The notes under the pieces: generated by a model
Told to the model about the DNA's origin: nothing
The model's database searches: none
What the model saw: the letters and a program-made list of their open reading frames with translations, nothing else
Translations under genes and position numbers: made by a program
NCBI GenBank assembly: GCA_963734495.1
Contig: CAVTHK010000013.1
Span: 256,001-320,000, forward strand
Direction of reading: 5' to 3'
DNA length: 64,000 nt
Source: an uncultured Spirochaetota bacterium
GTDB lineage: Bacteria > Spirochaetota > Spirochaetia > SZUA-6 > CAVTHK01
Shown: one piece after another, positions 8,007-19,772 of the stretch
How positions within the stretch are numbered: position 1 is the first letter of the stretch
Layout: each line of letters begins with the position of its first letter

Positions 8007-10406
8007 GTCGGTCCCTCCACCGCCACGCGATGTGCGCTCGCGCCTCGCGGGATCCTCACGCGGACGAACGCGCCATCGTGCTCCCAGCCCGCGCCCCGCG
8101 AGAGCTCGCGGCCGTCGAGCTCGACCCGCGCCGGCGCCGAGCGCGCGAGCAGCTCCACGACCCAGCCGCGCCGCCTGCGCATCCCGCGGTAGCGTCCCCG
8201 AGCCGCGCCGATCGCGACCTCCGTGCGGCCGCCGCTCGTCTCGCACGAGAGCGCCGTGATCGCGAAGCGCCCCTTCTCGTAATCGTACGACACCCCGTCG
8301 TCCTCGTAGAGCTCGAAGCTCGCGCGCGGGCCCGGGTAGACGCGCAGCGTGATCGGGTCCGCCGGGCGCTCGCGCGTATGCTGCATCACGGGCCCCATCG
8401 GCGTGATCGATCCGGCCTTGAAGAACAAAGGGAAGGTCTCCAGGTCGACGGGAATCGAGGCGCTGCGGCCGCCTGGGTATTCGACGTTGGTCCAGAAATG
8501 GAACCAGCGCCCTTCGGGAAGGTAGACCTGCCACGCGCTCACGCCCTTCTCAAGCACCGGCGCGGCGAGGAAGTTCGGGCCGAAGAGGTACTCCGTGCCG
8601 AGGGCGTGCACCTTCGGGTCGCCCGGAGCATCGGTGACGAGGGGCCGCATGAACGGCGCGCCGGTGGCGCACGCGTGCCGCGCGATGCTGTAGATGTAGG
8701 GCAGCAGCCGGTAGCGCAGCTCCACGTAATCGCGCCAGATGCGCTCGATCTCGGGCCCCCGCGTCCACGGGAGCTTCGAGCGCCACGGATGTCCGTGCGC
8801 CCAGAGGATCGAGCTGAACGTGCAGTGCTGCAGCCAGCGGACGAGCACCTCGTCGTCGCGCGTGTCTCCCCCCGTGAACAGGTGATCGTCGAGGAGGAGC
8901 CCTTCATCTTTTGTGATCTGGGAGACGTGGCCTCCCATGTCGGGGGCGCGGAAGGGATTGCCGCAGAGCGCCGAGCTCAGGCTGTACTGGATCTGCAGCG
9001 CGAGGCGCCCCAGGTCGGAATCGAAGTCGCCGGGCTGGACGATCACGCCGTAGCGGTGCAGGCCCGCGTAGCCGCTGCGGCAGCGCAGCAGGACGCGGTG
9101 GTTGGGCCGGCGCCTGCCGAGGCCGTGCCTCGGCTCGCGGAGGCGATCGTAGCTCTCGCGGTGCCGGAACAGGTCGAAGGTGTTGTGGCACTTGCGCCAC
9201 GAGCCTTCGCGCAGGCGCCCCTCGGTCGGCCCCTCGCCTCCGTCGTGCCACCACGAGTCCACGCCGGCGTCGTAGATCGGCCGCACCTTGCTCCACCACC
9301 ACGCCCGCGCCTCGGGGTTCGTGAAGTCGATGTACCAGGTCCGCCACCGCGTCGAGAACGGGAGGTCGCTCCCGTCGTCGCGCTTGATGCCGAAGCCGCG
9401 TCGCCTGAGCTCGCCGGCGTCCGGCGCCTCCATGTCGACCTGCGGGTACTGGTGCACCATGACGGTGAAGCCGCGCCTGCGCAGGCCCGCGAAGAAGCGG
9501 CGCGGTCCGCGGATGAGGTACGGGTTGAAGCGGTAGCTCGCGATCGGCGCGTCCCACCCCTGCTCGCGGCCCAGGATGCGGCTGTAGGTGGAAAGCAGCG
9601 TGATGTGGTCGCAGGGGATGCGCCGCGCACGCAGCGTCCGCGGCAAGTCCTCGAGCTCCTGCCTGTTGATGAAGTGGCGGGTGGACTGCTGGTAGCCGAA
9701 GGCCCACTTCGGCAGCAGCGGCGGGAAGCCCGTGACCTCGTAGTACCCGCGGATCACTTCGTCGAAGCTCGGCCCGAGGATGAAGTAGAAGTCGACCGCC
9801 CCGCCCGCGGCTTCGTAGGCGATGCCGCCGGCCTTGTCGATCGCCACGCTCGCGTCGTGGGGGTTGTGAAAGAAGACGCCGTAGCCGCGGGTGCTCAGCA
9901 GCAGCGGGCAGGGGATGTGCGAGCCGACGCGCATCTTTTCCCGCGTCCAGAGGCGGGTGGAGGTGCCGCGGCGGTCGAAGTCGTCGCCGCCGTCCTCCAG
10001 GCCGTAGAAATGCTCGTCGGCGGCGGCCTCGAAGCGCGCGCTGACGGGCCGCAGGCCGTCCTCGCCCGCCGCCTCGGCCGAGGACAAGCCGGCCAGGGCG
10101 AGCAGCGGGCGTCCCCGCGCGGCTTCGAAGTCGCAGTCCGAAGCGCCCCCGCGCGACTGCCACCTGCAGCGCCGCCGTGGAGCACAGCCACCCCGATGCC
10201 GTCGCCTCCAGCCGCCAGTCGACCGCGGGCCAGTCGCGCGGCGGCACGACGATGTTCTCGACCTCCCCGTATTCGGGCGCGGGCAGCATGCGCACACGGA
10301 GGATGCTGTCGGTGCAGGGCCGCACCTCGACGCTGCGCTCGCCGCAGTCGACGAGCAGCAAGCTCCCCTCGCGCGCCGCGGCGCGCGTGTCGGCAATAGC
10401 CTTCAT
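8003..10406 (-). CDS. Glycoside hydrolase family 31 (alpha-xylosidase/glucosidase-like), one frameshift near 10115
   Basis: PKWAFGYQQS, DFTNPEARAWW, WWHDGGE, LRYRLLPYIYS, LYEDDGVSYDY; N-terminus lies in the adjacent frame. Confidence 0.88.
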
Positions 10407-10416
10407 TTTGTGGGAC

Positions 10417-11301
10417 CTATCCCTTGATCGCGCCGGCGGTGAGCCCCTGGATGACGTGGCGCTGCAGGATGAGCACCAGGATGATCAGCGGCACGGTCAC
10501 CGCGACCGAGGCCGCCGACATCTCGCCCCACGGGAACTCGTACTCCCCCTGGATCAGAAGGATTCCGATCGGAACCGTCTGAGCCTGGGCAGACTGCGTC
10601 ATCGTGAACGCGATGAGAAAGTCGTTCCACGCCGCCACGAAGTTCAGGATCGACATGGTGAAGATGCCGGGCACCGAGAGCGGCGCGATCACGCGCGTGA
10701 GCGCCTGCACGGGCGTGCACCCGTCGATCAGCGCCGCCTCCTCGAGGGAGAGCGGGATCTCGCGAAAGAAGTTGGTCAGCACCCAGACCGTGATCGGCAG
10801 CATGAACGAGACGTAGGGCAGGACCAGCCCCGCCCGCGTGTTCATCAGCCCCAGAGCGCGCATCACGAGGAACAGCGGCCCGAGCACTGAAATGGTCGGG
10901 AACATCGAGACCGCGAGGATGCTCATGAGGATGATCCGCTTGCCCTTGATGTCGATGCGGGCGAGCGCGTACGCGGCAAGCCCTCCGGTGAAAATGCTCA
11001 CGAAGGTCGTGACGCTCGACACGATCAGGCTGTTGCGGACAAAGTCGGCCATGTGATAGCGGGTAAAGGCCGCCACGAAGTACCGGCCGCTGATCGGGTG
11101 CGGGTAGAAGTCGGGCGGGATCTTCGTGACGTCGCCCGGCATCTTGAGGGAGGTGTTCACCATCCAGTAGAAGGGGAACACGATGACCGCGACGAACACC
11201 ACGATCAGCGCATAGAGCAGGACGTTCGACAGTGTCCGCTTGAGCTTCAGGGGCCGCCTCGTGGCGAGCATGGCCTCGTGGGCAGCGAGTCGGGCGCTCA
11301 C
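10417..11301 (-). CDS. Carbohydrate ABC transporter permease
   Basis: LEEAALIDGCT EAA motif; GTGA overlap with upstream permease. Confidence 0.9.
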   Translation of the reverse strand: MSARLAAHEAMLATRRPLKLKRTLSNVLLYALIVVFVAVIVFPFYWMVNTSLKMPGDVTKIPPDFYPHPISGRYFVAAFTRYHMADFVRNSLIVSSVTTFVSIFTGGLAAYALARIDIKGKRIILMSILAVSMFPTISVLGPLFLVMRALGLMNTRAGLVLPYVSFMLPITVWVLTNFFREIPLSLEEAALIDGCTPVQALTRVIAPLSVPGIFTMSILNFVAAWNDFLIAFTMTQSAQAQTVPIGILLIQGEYEFPWGEMSAASVAVTVPLIILVLILQRHVIQGLTAGAIKG

Positions 11302-12195
11302 TGGGTAGCCCCCCCGGTGAACTCCAGTTTCAGGCCCCTGATGTAGAAGAACGCGAAGATCACGCAGAACAGCACGATCAGCATGACGCTCGCCGACCCG
11401 TAGCCGAACTGCAGGAACGTGAACATGTGCATCTGCGAGTAGATCATCAGCGTCTCGGTCGACTCGAGCGGCCCGCCCTTCGTCATCCCGAAGATCAGGT
11501 CGAAGGCCTTGAACGCGTTCAGCGTCGTGAACAGCAGCGTGATCCCGACCGTGGCCCGCAGGCTCGGCATCGTGATGCGCGCGAACTTCTGCCAGCCGCC
11601 CGCGCCGTCGATGTCCGCGGCCTCGTAAAGCTCCGTCGGGATCGTCTGCAGGCCCGCCAGCAGCAGCAGGGCCGCGAACGGCGCCCCCCTCCAGATCCCC
11701 GAGATCTGCACCGCCACCATCGCCTGCGGGATCTCGTTCAGCCACGAGACGTTCTGCTTGATGAGGCCGGCTCCTATCAGGAGGTAGTTGGCGATCCCGT
11801 AGAGCCCGTCGAAGATCCAGGCCCACGTACGCGAAACGATGATCGGCGGCATCGCCCACGGGATGAGGATGAGGCTGCGCACGACGCCGCGGCCGGGAAA
11901 CTGACGGTGCATGACCAACGCCATGGCGAGGCCGAGAGCGAAGATGCCGGCGGTCTGTCCGACGATGAACACCGCGGTGTTCATCGTCGCATTCCAGAAC
12001 CGTCCGTCGGTGAACAACTCCACGTAGTTCCCGAAGCCCACGAAGTGGTTCTTCCACATCTGGCTGAGCTTGTACTGGTAGAAGCTGAGCTGCACCGTCC
12101 GCGACGACCGGGAACCCGATCACGACGATAAGCAAGAGCACCGCCGGGGAGACCAGGATGTAGCCGAGCTGCCTTCGGGTCGGGGAGAAACGCAA
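11298..12195 (-). CDS. Carbohydrate ABC transporter permease, frameshift near 12100
   Basis: LYEAADIDGAG, MTKGGP; TTG start after GGAGG; first TM helix in a different frame. Confidence 0.85.
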
Positions 12196-12251
12196 GCAGG
12201 CCTCCAGGCGAAGCGCGGGGGCCGGCTGCCGGCTCCCGCGCTTCGGAAGCG

Positions 12252-13529
12252 TTACTTCATGACTGACGTGATCTTTTTGGCCGCGGCCGCGAGCGAGTCC
12301 TTGACGGACTTCTCGCCGTAGAGGGCCGGCATCACTTCCTGGCTGATCGCCTCCGTGATCTCGGCGTACGCCGGGGTCACCGGGCGGGCAACCGCCACGT
12401 TGTAGTTGTTCGCGAGCGCCTTGAGGAACTCGGGGTTCTTGGCCACGTACTCGGGGTCGGACATCGCCTTCTTGTTGGGCGTGGTCTGGCCGAACTGCAG
12501 AACCTGGGTCCTCATCATGTCGTCCTCGGAGAGCGTCCTGATGAACTCGACCGCCGTCGTCTGGTTCTTGGAGAAGGCGTTGACGCCGTTGTTCCATCCC
12601 CCGATCACGCTCACCTGGTCATGGCCAGGGAAGCTGGGCGGGGTCCCGACACCGACCTTCCCCTTGACTTTCGAGCTGTCCTGCTGGAACCGGGCCCAGG
12701 AGTAGTCCCAGTTCATCGTGAACACTGCGCGCCCCTCGTTGAACACGATGCGGGCGTTGTCGGTCGTCAGGCTCAACACGTCCTTGGGCGCGATCTTCTG
12801 CCTGGCAATCGCGTCCGCCATGAGCTGCAGGGCCTCCGCGTTCTCGGGGCTGTCGATCGTGACCTGGCTCAGATCCTTGCTCATGACGCCGCCGCCGTTG
12901 CTCGCGATAAAGAGCAGGAACTGGCAGAAGATCTGGTTTCCGCGCTCCCACGAAGCGACGAAGCCGAAACGGTCGGGAGCTCTGGAGCTTGAGCGCCTGC
13001 TGACCGAGATCGTTCCACGTCGTCGGCACCGCCATGCCCGCGCTCGAGAGGAGGTCCTTGCGGTAGTAGAAGTCCAGCGTGTCCGCGGTCAGCGGGATCC
13101 CGTAGAGCTTGCCGTTCCAGAGGCACGCGTTGAAGAAGGCGGTAGAGTTCCGGTCGCGGACCTCATTCACGTTGAAGAACTTGTCGAGGGCGAAGGATCC
13201 ATCCGGACGAGGCGAACTCGCCGGTGTCCACCGTGTTCATCAGCACGACGTCGATGGAGCCATCCTTGGCCGCGAACATCGTGACGTACTTCGCCCTGCG
13301 GTCGACCGAAGTGTTGGGCGCCGGGACGAACTCCACCTGGACGTTCGGGTACTTCTTGTTGAAGTAAGCCCCGTAGGCCTTGTCGAGGTTCTCACTGGCT
13401 GCTCGTATTGATCATGGCGGTGATCTTGCCCTGCACCTGGCCGGCCTTGCTCGTCTCGCCCTGCCCGGTCGCGTAGACCATCGCCGCCATGAGCAGCGCC
13501 GCGAGAATGAAACACGCTCGTCTGAGCAT
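12252..13529 (-). CDS. Sugar ABC substrate-binding protein, about 3 frameshifts (~12980, ~13200, ~13395)
   Basis: Signal peptide MLRRACFILAALLMAAMVYATGQGE; GKLYGIP...FYYRKDLL; VIGGWNNGVN; ARPVTPAY spread across successive frames. Confidence 0.82.
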
Positions 13530-13724
13530 TCTCCACCTCCCCCTGCGGTAGCTCCGCGTGCGCGGACGCTGCCCGGCGGGCTGGCCGCAGGCTCGCGTCA
13601 AATTTGGTCACAGGGTGCCGGTTTGTCAACGAGATTTGCGCCCGCGTGCGCCAGCGTGCGCCCGCGAATCTTGACCCCGCGACTCGCTTGAACTAACATC
13701 CGCGATCACACTCCGGGAGGCATC

Positions 13725-15907
13725 ATGGCACGATCGACGGACGCACGCGTCAGGGTCGCCGGGCAGCATGCGCGGGTGACCGTCACGGCTGCGAGCGATC
13801 GCACCGCGAGGATCACGGTGGCGGCCGCCTCCGACGCGGGCCTTCCGCCGGACGAGCCGGTGCTGGCGCCGCGCGCGTGGCCGGAGCCGGCAGCGAGCTT
13901 CGACGCGCTGCCGGCGGAGGTGCGCCTTGCTGCGGGCGCGCTCACGGTGAGCGTCTCGCGCGGCGGGAACGGCATCGAGATCGCGCTCACCGACGGCTCG
14001 CGCCAGCTGCGCCTCGAGATCAGCGCCGACGCGCACGAGCTGCTGTTCGACGCCGGCCGCGGGCCGCTGTACGGGCTCGGCGCCGGGGGGACGCAGCAGA
14101 TGGACCGGCGGGGCGGCGTGTTCGAGCCGCTCAACGGCCAGATCGCGGGCGAGCAGGAGGAGTTCGGCGCGAGGGTGTACATCCCCCTGCTGCTGAGCGC
14201 CGAGGGCTGGAGCCTCTTTGTCCACCGCCCCTTCCACGCCACTGTCGACCTGCGCGGCGAGCGCGGGCGCCTCGCGGCGGGCGGCCTTCTTCCCCTTGAC
14301 CTCTTCGTAACGGTGGCCGGCGACCCTGCGGCGCTGCTTTCCGAGCACGCCGCCCTGGTCGGCCCCACGCCGCTTCCTCCGAAGTGGGCCCTCGGCTACC
14401 AGCAGTCGCACCGCACCCTCACCTGGCGCGGCGAGGAGCAGGTGCTGAAGACCGCGCGCACCTTTCGGGAGAAGCATCTCCCCTGCGACACGCTCATCTA
14501 CCTCGGAACCGGCTTCTGCCCCGCGGGCTGGAACAGGGGCCACGGCTCCTTCGAGTTCAACGCCGTCTTCGACGACCCCGAGGCGACGCTCGCCGAGCTC
14601 CACCGCATGGGCTTCAAGGTGATCCTGCACGTGCTCGCGCATCCCAAAGGGCTGCACGGCAGCGTGCAGCGAGGCGCCTGGCGCGCGGCCGCCCGCGGCG
14701 GCGGACCCGGCCGATGCGCGCGCCTACTGGGACAAGCACCGCTTCCTGCTCGAGCCGCGCCTCGGCGTCGACGGCTTCTGGCCCGACGAAGGCGACGACG
14801 ACGACATCCCCGCGCGCCTGGCGCGCCATCGGCTCTACTGGGAAGGACCCGTCGCGGAGCGGCCTGACGTCCGGCCGTTCTCGTTCCACCGCAACGGCTA
14901 CGCGGGCATGCAGCGCTGGGGCGGCAACATCTGGTCAGGCGACACGTTCGCGTGGTGGCGGACGCTCAAGTCCCACGTGCCCATCGCGCTGAACGCGAGC
15001 CTGAGCGCGACGCTCTACTGGCAGTCGGACACCGGCGGGTTCTTCCCCACAAAGGAGCTCACAGGCGAGCTGTACGCGCGCTGGTTCCAGTTCTCCGCGT
15101 TCTGCCCGATCTTCCGCAGCCACGGTCGCACGTGGCACCTGCGGCGGCCGTGGGGCTGGAACACGGGCGATCTCGGGCCCGACGAGGCGGGGACCGGCTA
15201 TCGCGGGCTCCCGGGTCTCGGCAATCCCGACGCGTCCGAGCTGCACAATGCCGAAGTGGAGCCGATCTGCCGCAAGTACCTCGAGCTGCGCTACCGCCTG
15301 CTCCCCTACATCTACAGCCTCGCGTGGGAGGCGTGGGCCCGGGGCATGCCGCTGATGCGGCCCCTGTGGCTGCACTTTCCCGACGACGAGGCGGCGGTCC
15401 GCTGCTCCGACCAGTACATGTGGGGCCCTTCGATCCTCGTCGCCCCCGTCCTGGAAAAGGGCGCGGCGTCGCGCAGGGTGTATCTCCCGCGCGGGCCTCT
15501 GGTACGACTACTGGACGCGCGAGGCGATCGAAGGCGGCCGCACCGTGGAGCGTCCGGTGGATCTCGCGACGATGCCGCTCTACGTCCGCGCGGGGGCCGT
15601 GCTCCCGCTCGACCCTGTGCGCGAGCACGTCGGCCAACCGGTCGACGCGCCAACGACCCTCGAAGTGTGGGAAGGGGCCGACGGCTCGTTCCTGCTGTAT
15701 GACGACGACGGGGTCAGCCTGGAGTATAGACAAGGGAAGGGCGCCCTCACCGCCCTCACGTGGAGCGAGGCCGGCAGGACCCTCACGCTCGAGAGACGCG
15801 GCGGAGCGAGGGCGCCGGCGCCTGTGCGATACGCGGTACGCAGCGCGCTCCGCGACGGACCGCGCGAGCTCGTCTTTGACGGCCGTCACGCGTCCGTCGT
15901 ACTGTGA
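13725..15907 (+). CDS. Glycoside hydrolase family 31, frameshifts near 14690 and 15495
   Basis: PPKWALGYQQSHRT, FWPDEGD, IWSGDT, ELRYRLLPYIYS, LYDDDGVS. Confidence 0.87.
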
Positions 15908-15947
15908 CCCGCGGGGGCCGCGGCGCGCGCGGACGTGGAGGGTTGTG

Positions 15948-16739
15948 ATGCGCATCAAGCAGTCGTTCTGTCTCCCGATGTACCGCCAGGAGGGGCTCGA
16001 TCTGCCCGCTCTCTTCCGCGAGGTGCGGAAGATCGGCTATCCCGCGACCGAGGTCTGGGACCGCTTCGCGCTGGAAGGCCCGGGCTGGGAGGAGACGTTC
16101 GAAGCCGCGCGCAGCGCCGGCCTCGCGATCGCGAGCATGAGCGGCCATCGCTCGCTGCCCGACGGCCTGAACAAGACGGAGAACCACGACCGCATCGAGG
16201 CTGAGCTGCGCGAGTCGATCGACGTCGCGGTCAAATGGCGCGTCCCGGGCCTGATCTGCTTTTCCGGCAACCGCAACCCGGGACAGAGCGACCTCGAGGG
16301 GATGATGGTGTGCGCCCGGGGCCTGCGGCGGATTGTCCGCTACGCCGAGGAAAAGAAAGTCAACCTGAACGTCGAGCTGCTCAACTCGCGCGTGAACCAC
16401 CCGGGCTACCAGTGCGACCACACCGAGTGGGGCGTCGCCCTGTGCGAGATGGTCGGCAGCCCGCGCGCGAAGCTGCTCTTCGACATCTACCACATGCAGA
16501 TCATGGAAGGCGACGTCATCCGCTCGATCCGCTCGCACATCGGCCGCATCGGCCACTTCCACACGGCCGGCAACCCCGACCGGCGCGACCTGGACGACGA
16601 GCAGGAGCTGAACTACCGCGGCATCTCGCGCGCCATCGCGGCAACGGGATACGACGGGTTCGTCGGGCACGAGTTCAAGCCCAGGGGCGACGTCCTCGAG
16701 GCGCTGCGGACGGCCTTCGCGATCTGCGACCAGGGCTGA
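15948..16739 (+). CDS. hyi: Hydroxypyruvate isomerase-like TIM-barrel protein
   Basis: VELLNSRVNHPGY, LLFDIYHMQIMEGD, HFHTAGNPDR, VGHEF. Confidence 0.85.
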   Translation: MRIKQSFCLPMYRQEGLDLPALFREVRKIGYPATEVWDRFALEGPGWEETFEAARSAGLAIASMSGHRSLPDGLNKTENHDRIEAELRESIDVAVKWRVPGLICFSGNRNPGQSDLEGMMVCARGLRRIVRYAEEKKVNLNVELLNSRVNHPGYQCDHTEWGVALCEMVGSPRAKLLFDIYHMQIMEGDVIRSIRSHIGRIGHFHTAGNPDRRDLDDEQELNYRGISRAIAATGYDGFVGHEFKPRGDVLEALRTAFAICDQG

Positions 16740-16751
16740 GGCGAGCGGCCG

Positions 16752-18231
16752 TCAGCGGCGGCCGCGGGCCATCTCCCGCGCCAGCTCGCCGAGTGTCCTG
16801 ACCGCCTGCTCCGTCACCGGGTTCCACGCCGCGGCGCTGAGGCGGAAGTAGCCGTCGTATCCTCCCGACGCCGAGAAGAGCGGCCCCGGCGCGATCGAGA
16901 TCCCGCGCTCGAGCGCCCTGCGGTAGAGCTCGAGCGAGTCCAGCCCCTCGGGCAGCTCGATCCAGAGCAGGTACCCTCCGGCAGGCCTGGTCACGCGCGT
17001 GCCCGCGGGGAACAGGCGGCCGATCGCCTCGCCCATCGCCGCGACGCTCGCCGCGTAACCGCGGCGGATGCCGCGGAGGTGCCGGTCGTAGCCGCCGTTC
17101 TCGAGGAACTCCGCCATCGCGATCTGCGTCGGCGAGGCGCTGGCGACGTTGCTGATGAACTTGAGCCGCGCGATCTCCCCTTGCAGCTTCCCCGCGGCGA
17201 TCCAGCCGACCCGGTAGCCCGGCGCCACGGTCTTGGAGAACGAGGAGCAGAGGATCACGTTGTCGTCGGCCGCGCGCGCCACCGGCGGCCGCGGCTCCTC
17301 GAACGAGAGGTCCCCGTTGATGTCGTCCTCGATCAGCGCGACGCCGTGGCTCGCGAGAAGCCTCACCGAGCTCCGCCTTGCGCTCGACGGGCATGACGCT
17401 TCCCAGCGGGTTGGTAAAGTTCGTGATCGCCACGCACGCCCGCACCGCATTGTGCTCGAGGGCGTAGCGCAGGACCTCGAGGCTCATCCCTTCGCTCGGC
17501 GTCGCGGGGATCTCGAGGACGCGCAGCCCGAACGACTCCATGGTCTGGAAAAAGCTGAAGAACGTCGGCGACTCCACCGCGACCGTGTCGCCCGGCCGGC
17601 AGAGCGCCCGCAGCGCGAGACCCACGGCCTCGAGGCAGCCCGATGTGATGACGATCTCTTCGGGCTTCAGGGCGCAGCCGGCGAGCAGGCCGCGGCGCGC
17701 GATCTGCTCGCGCAGCCGCCGGTCGCCGGCCGGGGGCAGGTAGCCCACGCTCCGCGCGGGATGGCGGCGCGCCTCGACCGCGATCATGCGCGTGAGCCGC
17801 TCCGCCGGGAGCAGGGCCGGGTTGGGGAGCCCGAGGCCGAGCGGCAGCAGCGTCGGGTCCGAGAAATGCTGCATGATCCGCTGCAGCAGCGCGCCGTTGG
17901 TGATCTCCGCGGGCGCGACCGCGGCCTCCGCGACCTCGGCGGCGTGCGGCAGCTCCGGCAGCGGTCCCGTCACGTAGTAGCCCGACTGCGGCCGCGCGGA
18001 CACGACGCGCCTCGTCTCCAGCAGCTCGTACGCCTCTTTGACCGTGTTGACGCTCACCCGAAGCTGCCGGCTCAGAGTGCGGATCGACGGGATGCGGTCC
18101 CCGGGTCTCAGGGCGCCCTCGCCGATCATCGCGTTGATCCGCGAGGCGACCCGCTCGTAGAGCGGGGCCTGCCTCGCCTCGAGCTGTCCTGTTCCTGGTT
18201 CGGTCATGGCCATAACGTTAATATGACTCAA
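16752..18231 (-). CDS. MocR/GntR PLP-dependent aminotransferase-fused regulator, frameshift near 17365
   Basis: wHTH LRPGDRIPSIRTLS...VSVNTV; IEDD; SSFSKTVAPGYRVGW. Confidence 0.9.
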
Positions 18232-18335
18232 AAAGTCATAAAAGACTCAGTCGGGCCGCCCGGCAATGGTCACAGTTGCCCCCCGCGCCGACTGTGTCGG
18301 GCTCACATCTGATTGACTGAATCTGTTCCGCGCCC
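18232..18335. promoter_or_regulatory. Divergent promoter region between the MocR and DUF2917-like genes
   Basis: AT-richer stretch with repeated CAGT/ACTG/ATCTG words (cacagttg, actgtg, catctgattgactgaatctgtt). Confidence 0.4.
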
Positions 18336-18423
18336 GCGAACAAGAGTATTGAAATTGAAGGCTGCCGCCAACGCGCCCCGCCCATCGCGGGGAGCGCGGG
18401 CACGGCTCTCGCGGAGGTTCGTG

Positions 18424-18924
18424 ATGAAGACGGTTGTCCACCCCGGATGCTCGCTCGTGCTGACCGGCGACGCGAGGGGTGTCTCGGTGATCTGCGGCCA
18501 GGGCGTGCTCTGGCTCACTCAGGAGCGCGACGAGCGCGACCACATCCTCGCAGACGGCGAGACCTTCGTCGTCGACCGCCGGGGCCGCGTGGTGATCTCG
18601 TCGCCGCTGGAGTCCGAGGTCGCGCTCGCGGGACGGCCGCGGCGCGGCCTGCTCGGGCTGCCGCTGTGGAGGACGCGCCTGGCGCCTCACCCCGCGATCC
18701 GGCGGCCCGCGCCGCCTGCGGCGCGGCCTGTGACGCCGGTCTACAGCGAGTCGACGTCGACGACCTGGCCGGTGTCGAGCGAGCGGATCGCGGCAAGAAT
18801 CACCCGCAGGCCCCGGAGCGCGTCCTCGCCCGAGCCGTCGATCTCCTCGGGCTTCGCGCCGGCCGCCACCTGGCGCACAAAGGCGCGCAGGCGCGCGCGG
18901 AAGGTGTCGTCGAACCCCGCGTAG
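18424..18924 (+). CDS. DUF2917-like small protein (true stop probably earlier; ORF runs into the convergent gene)
   Basis: CGQGVLWLTQERDERDHILADGETF matches the G.VW.T.....D..L..GE pattern; GGAGG RBS. Confidence 0.7.
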   Translation: MKTVVHPGCSLVLTGDARGVSVICGQGVLWLTQERDERDHILADGETFVVDRRGRVVISSPLESEVALAGRPRRGLLGLPLWRTRLAPHPAIRRPAPPAARPVTPVYSESTSTTWPVSSERIAARITRRPRSASSPEPSISSGFAPAATWRTKARRRARKVSSNPA

Positions 18925-19742
18925 CCGCCAAACACCGGGTTGGTGAAAACGCGCTTCTCCAGGTTGCCCGCGGGGTACAGCGTCGCCTCGCGCCACATGT
19001 CGTCGACCACGAGGCGGCCCTTCGTGCCCGCGATCTCGCAGCGCTCCATCGGGTGGCCGCGCTCGATGTCGTAGCTGCTCGTGAGGTGCCCCACCGCGCC
19101 GTTGGCGAACTGCATGTTGAACGACGCCGTCGACCATATGTTGCGGCCCGGTGCCGTCATCGCAAAGCAGTGCACCCGCCTCACCTCCCCGCAGTAGTAC
19201 CGCATCATGTCCACGCTGTGCGGGTTCAGCGCCTTGATGTGGTAGGTGCGCGACTCGAGCGGCTGGAACTTCCCGATCCAGAGGGCCATGTTGCAGAAGA
19301 GGAGGTCGCCGAGGAGGCCTTCATTCTGCCATTTCTTCGCCTGGAGTGCGGCGGGCGTGAACCGGTGGTTGAAGTCGCACCCGAGGCAGAGGCGCTTCTC
19401 CCTGGCGCTCGCCACCATGGCCTGTGCAGGCTCGAGCTCGTTGGAGATCGGCTTCTCGACGAGCACGTGGCAGCCCGCCTCGAGGGCCTGCAGCGCCGGT
19501 TTCGCGTGGTCGCTCGCGTACTCGTAGCCGCCCGTTGCGACGCTCACGATCGCCGGCTTCGCGGCGCGCAGCATCTCGCGCGCATCCGTGTACCAGGCAA
19601 CGTCCAGCCTGCGCCCGGCCTTCTCGGCCCGGTCGGGGAGGATGTCGCACACGGCGGCGAGCTCCACCATCTCGTCGCGCTTGTAGAGATCGGCGTGCAG
19701 GTTCCCGATGGGCCCCAGGCCCACGACGCAAACCTTCACCAT
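18741..19742 (-). CDS. Gfo/Idh/MocA oxidoreductase
   Basis: VVGLGPIG Rossmann motif, HVLVEKP, FNHRFTP. Confidence 0.92.
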   Translation of the reverse strand: MVKVCVVGLGPIGNLHADLYKRDEMVELAAVCDILPDRAEKAGRRLDVAWYTDAREMLRAAKPAIVSVATGGYEYASDHAKPALQALEAGCHVLVEKPISNELEPAQAMVASAREKRLCLGCDFNHRFTPAALQAKKWQNEGLLGDLLFCNMALWIGKFQPLESRTYHIKALNPHSVDMMRYYCGEVRRVHCFAMTAPGRNIWSTASFNMQFANGAVGHLTSSYDIERGHPMERCEIAGTKGRLVVDDMWREATLYPAGNLEKRVFTNPVFGGYAGFDDTFRARLRAFVRQVAAGAKPEEIDGSGEDALRGLRVILAAIRSLDTGQVVDVDSL

Positions 19743-19772
19743 GAGAGCCCTCCCCCCGACGCGGCGCCCCTG

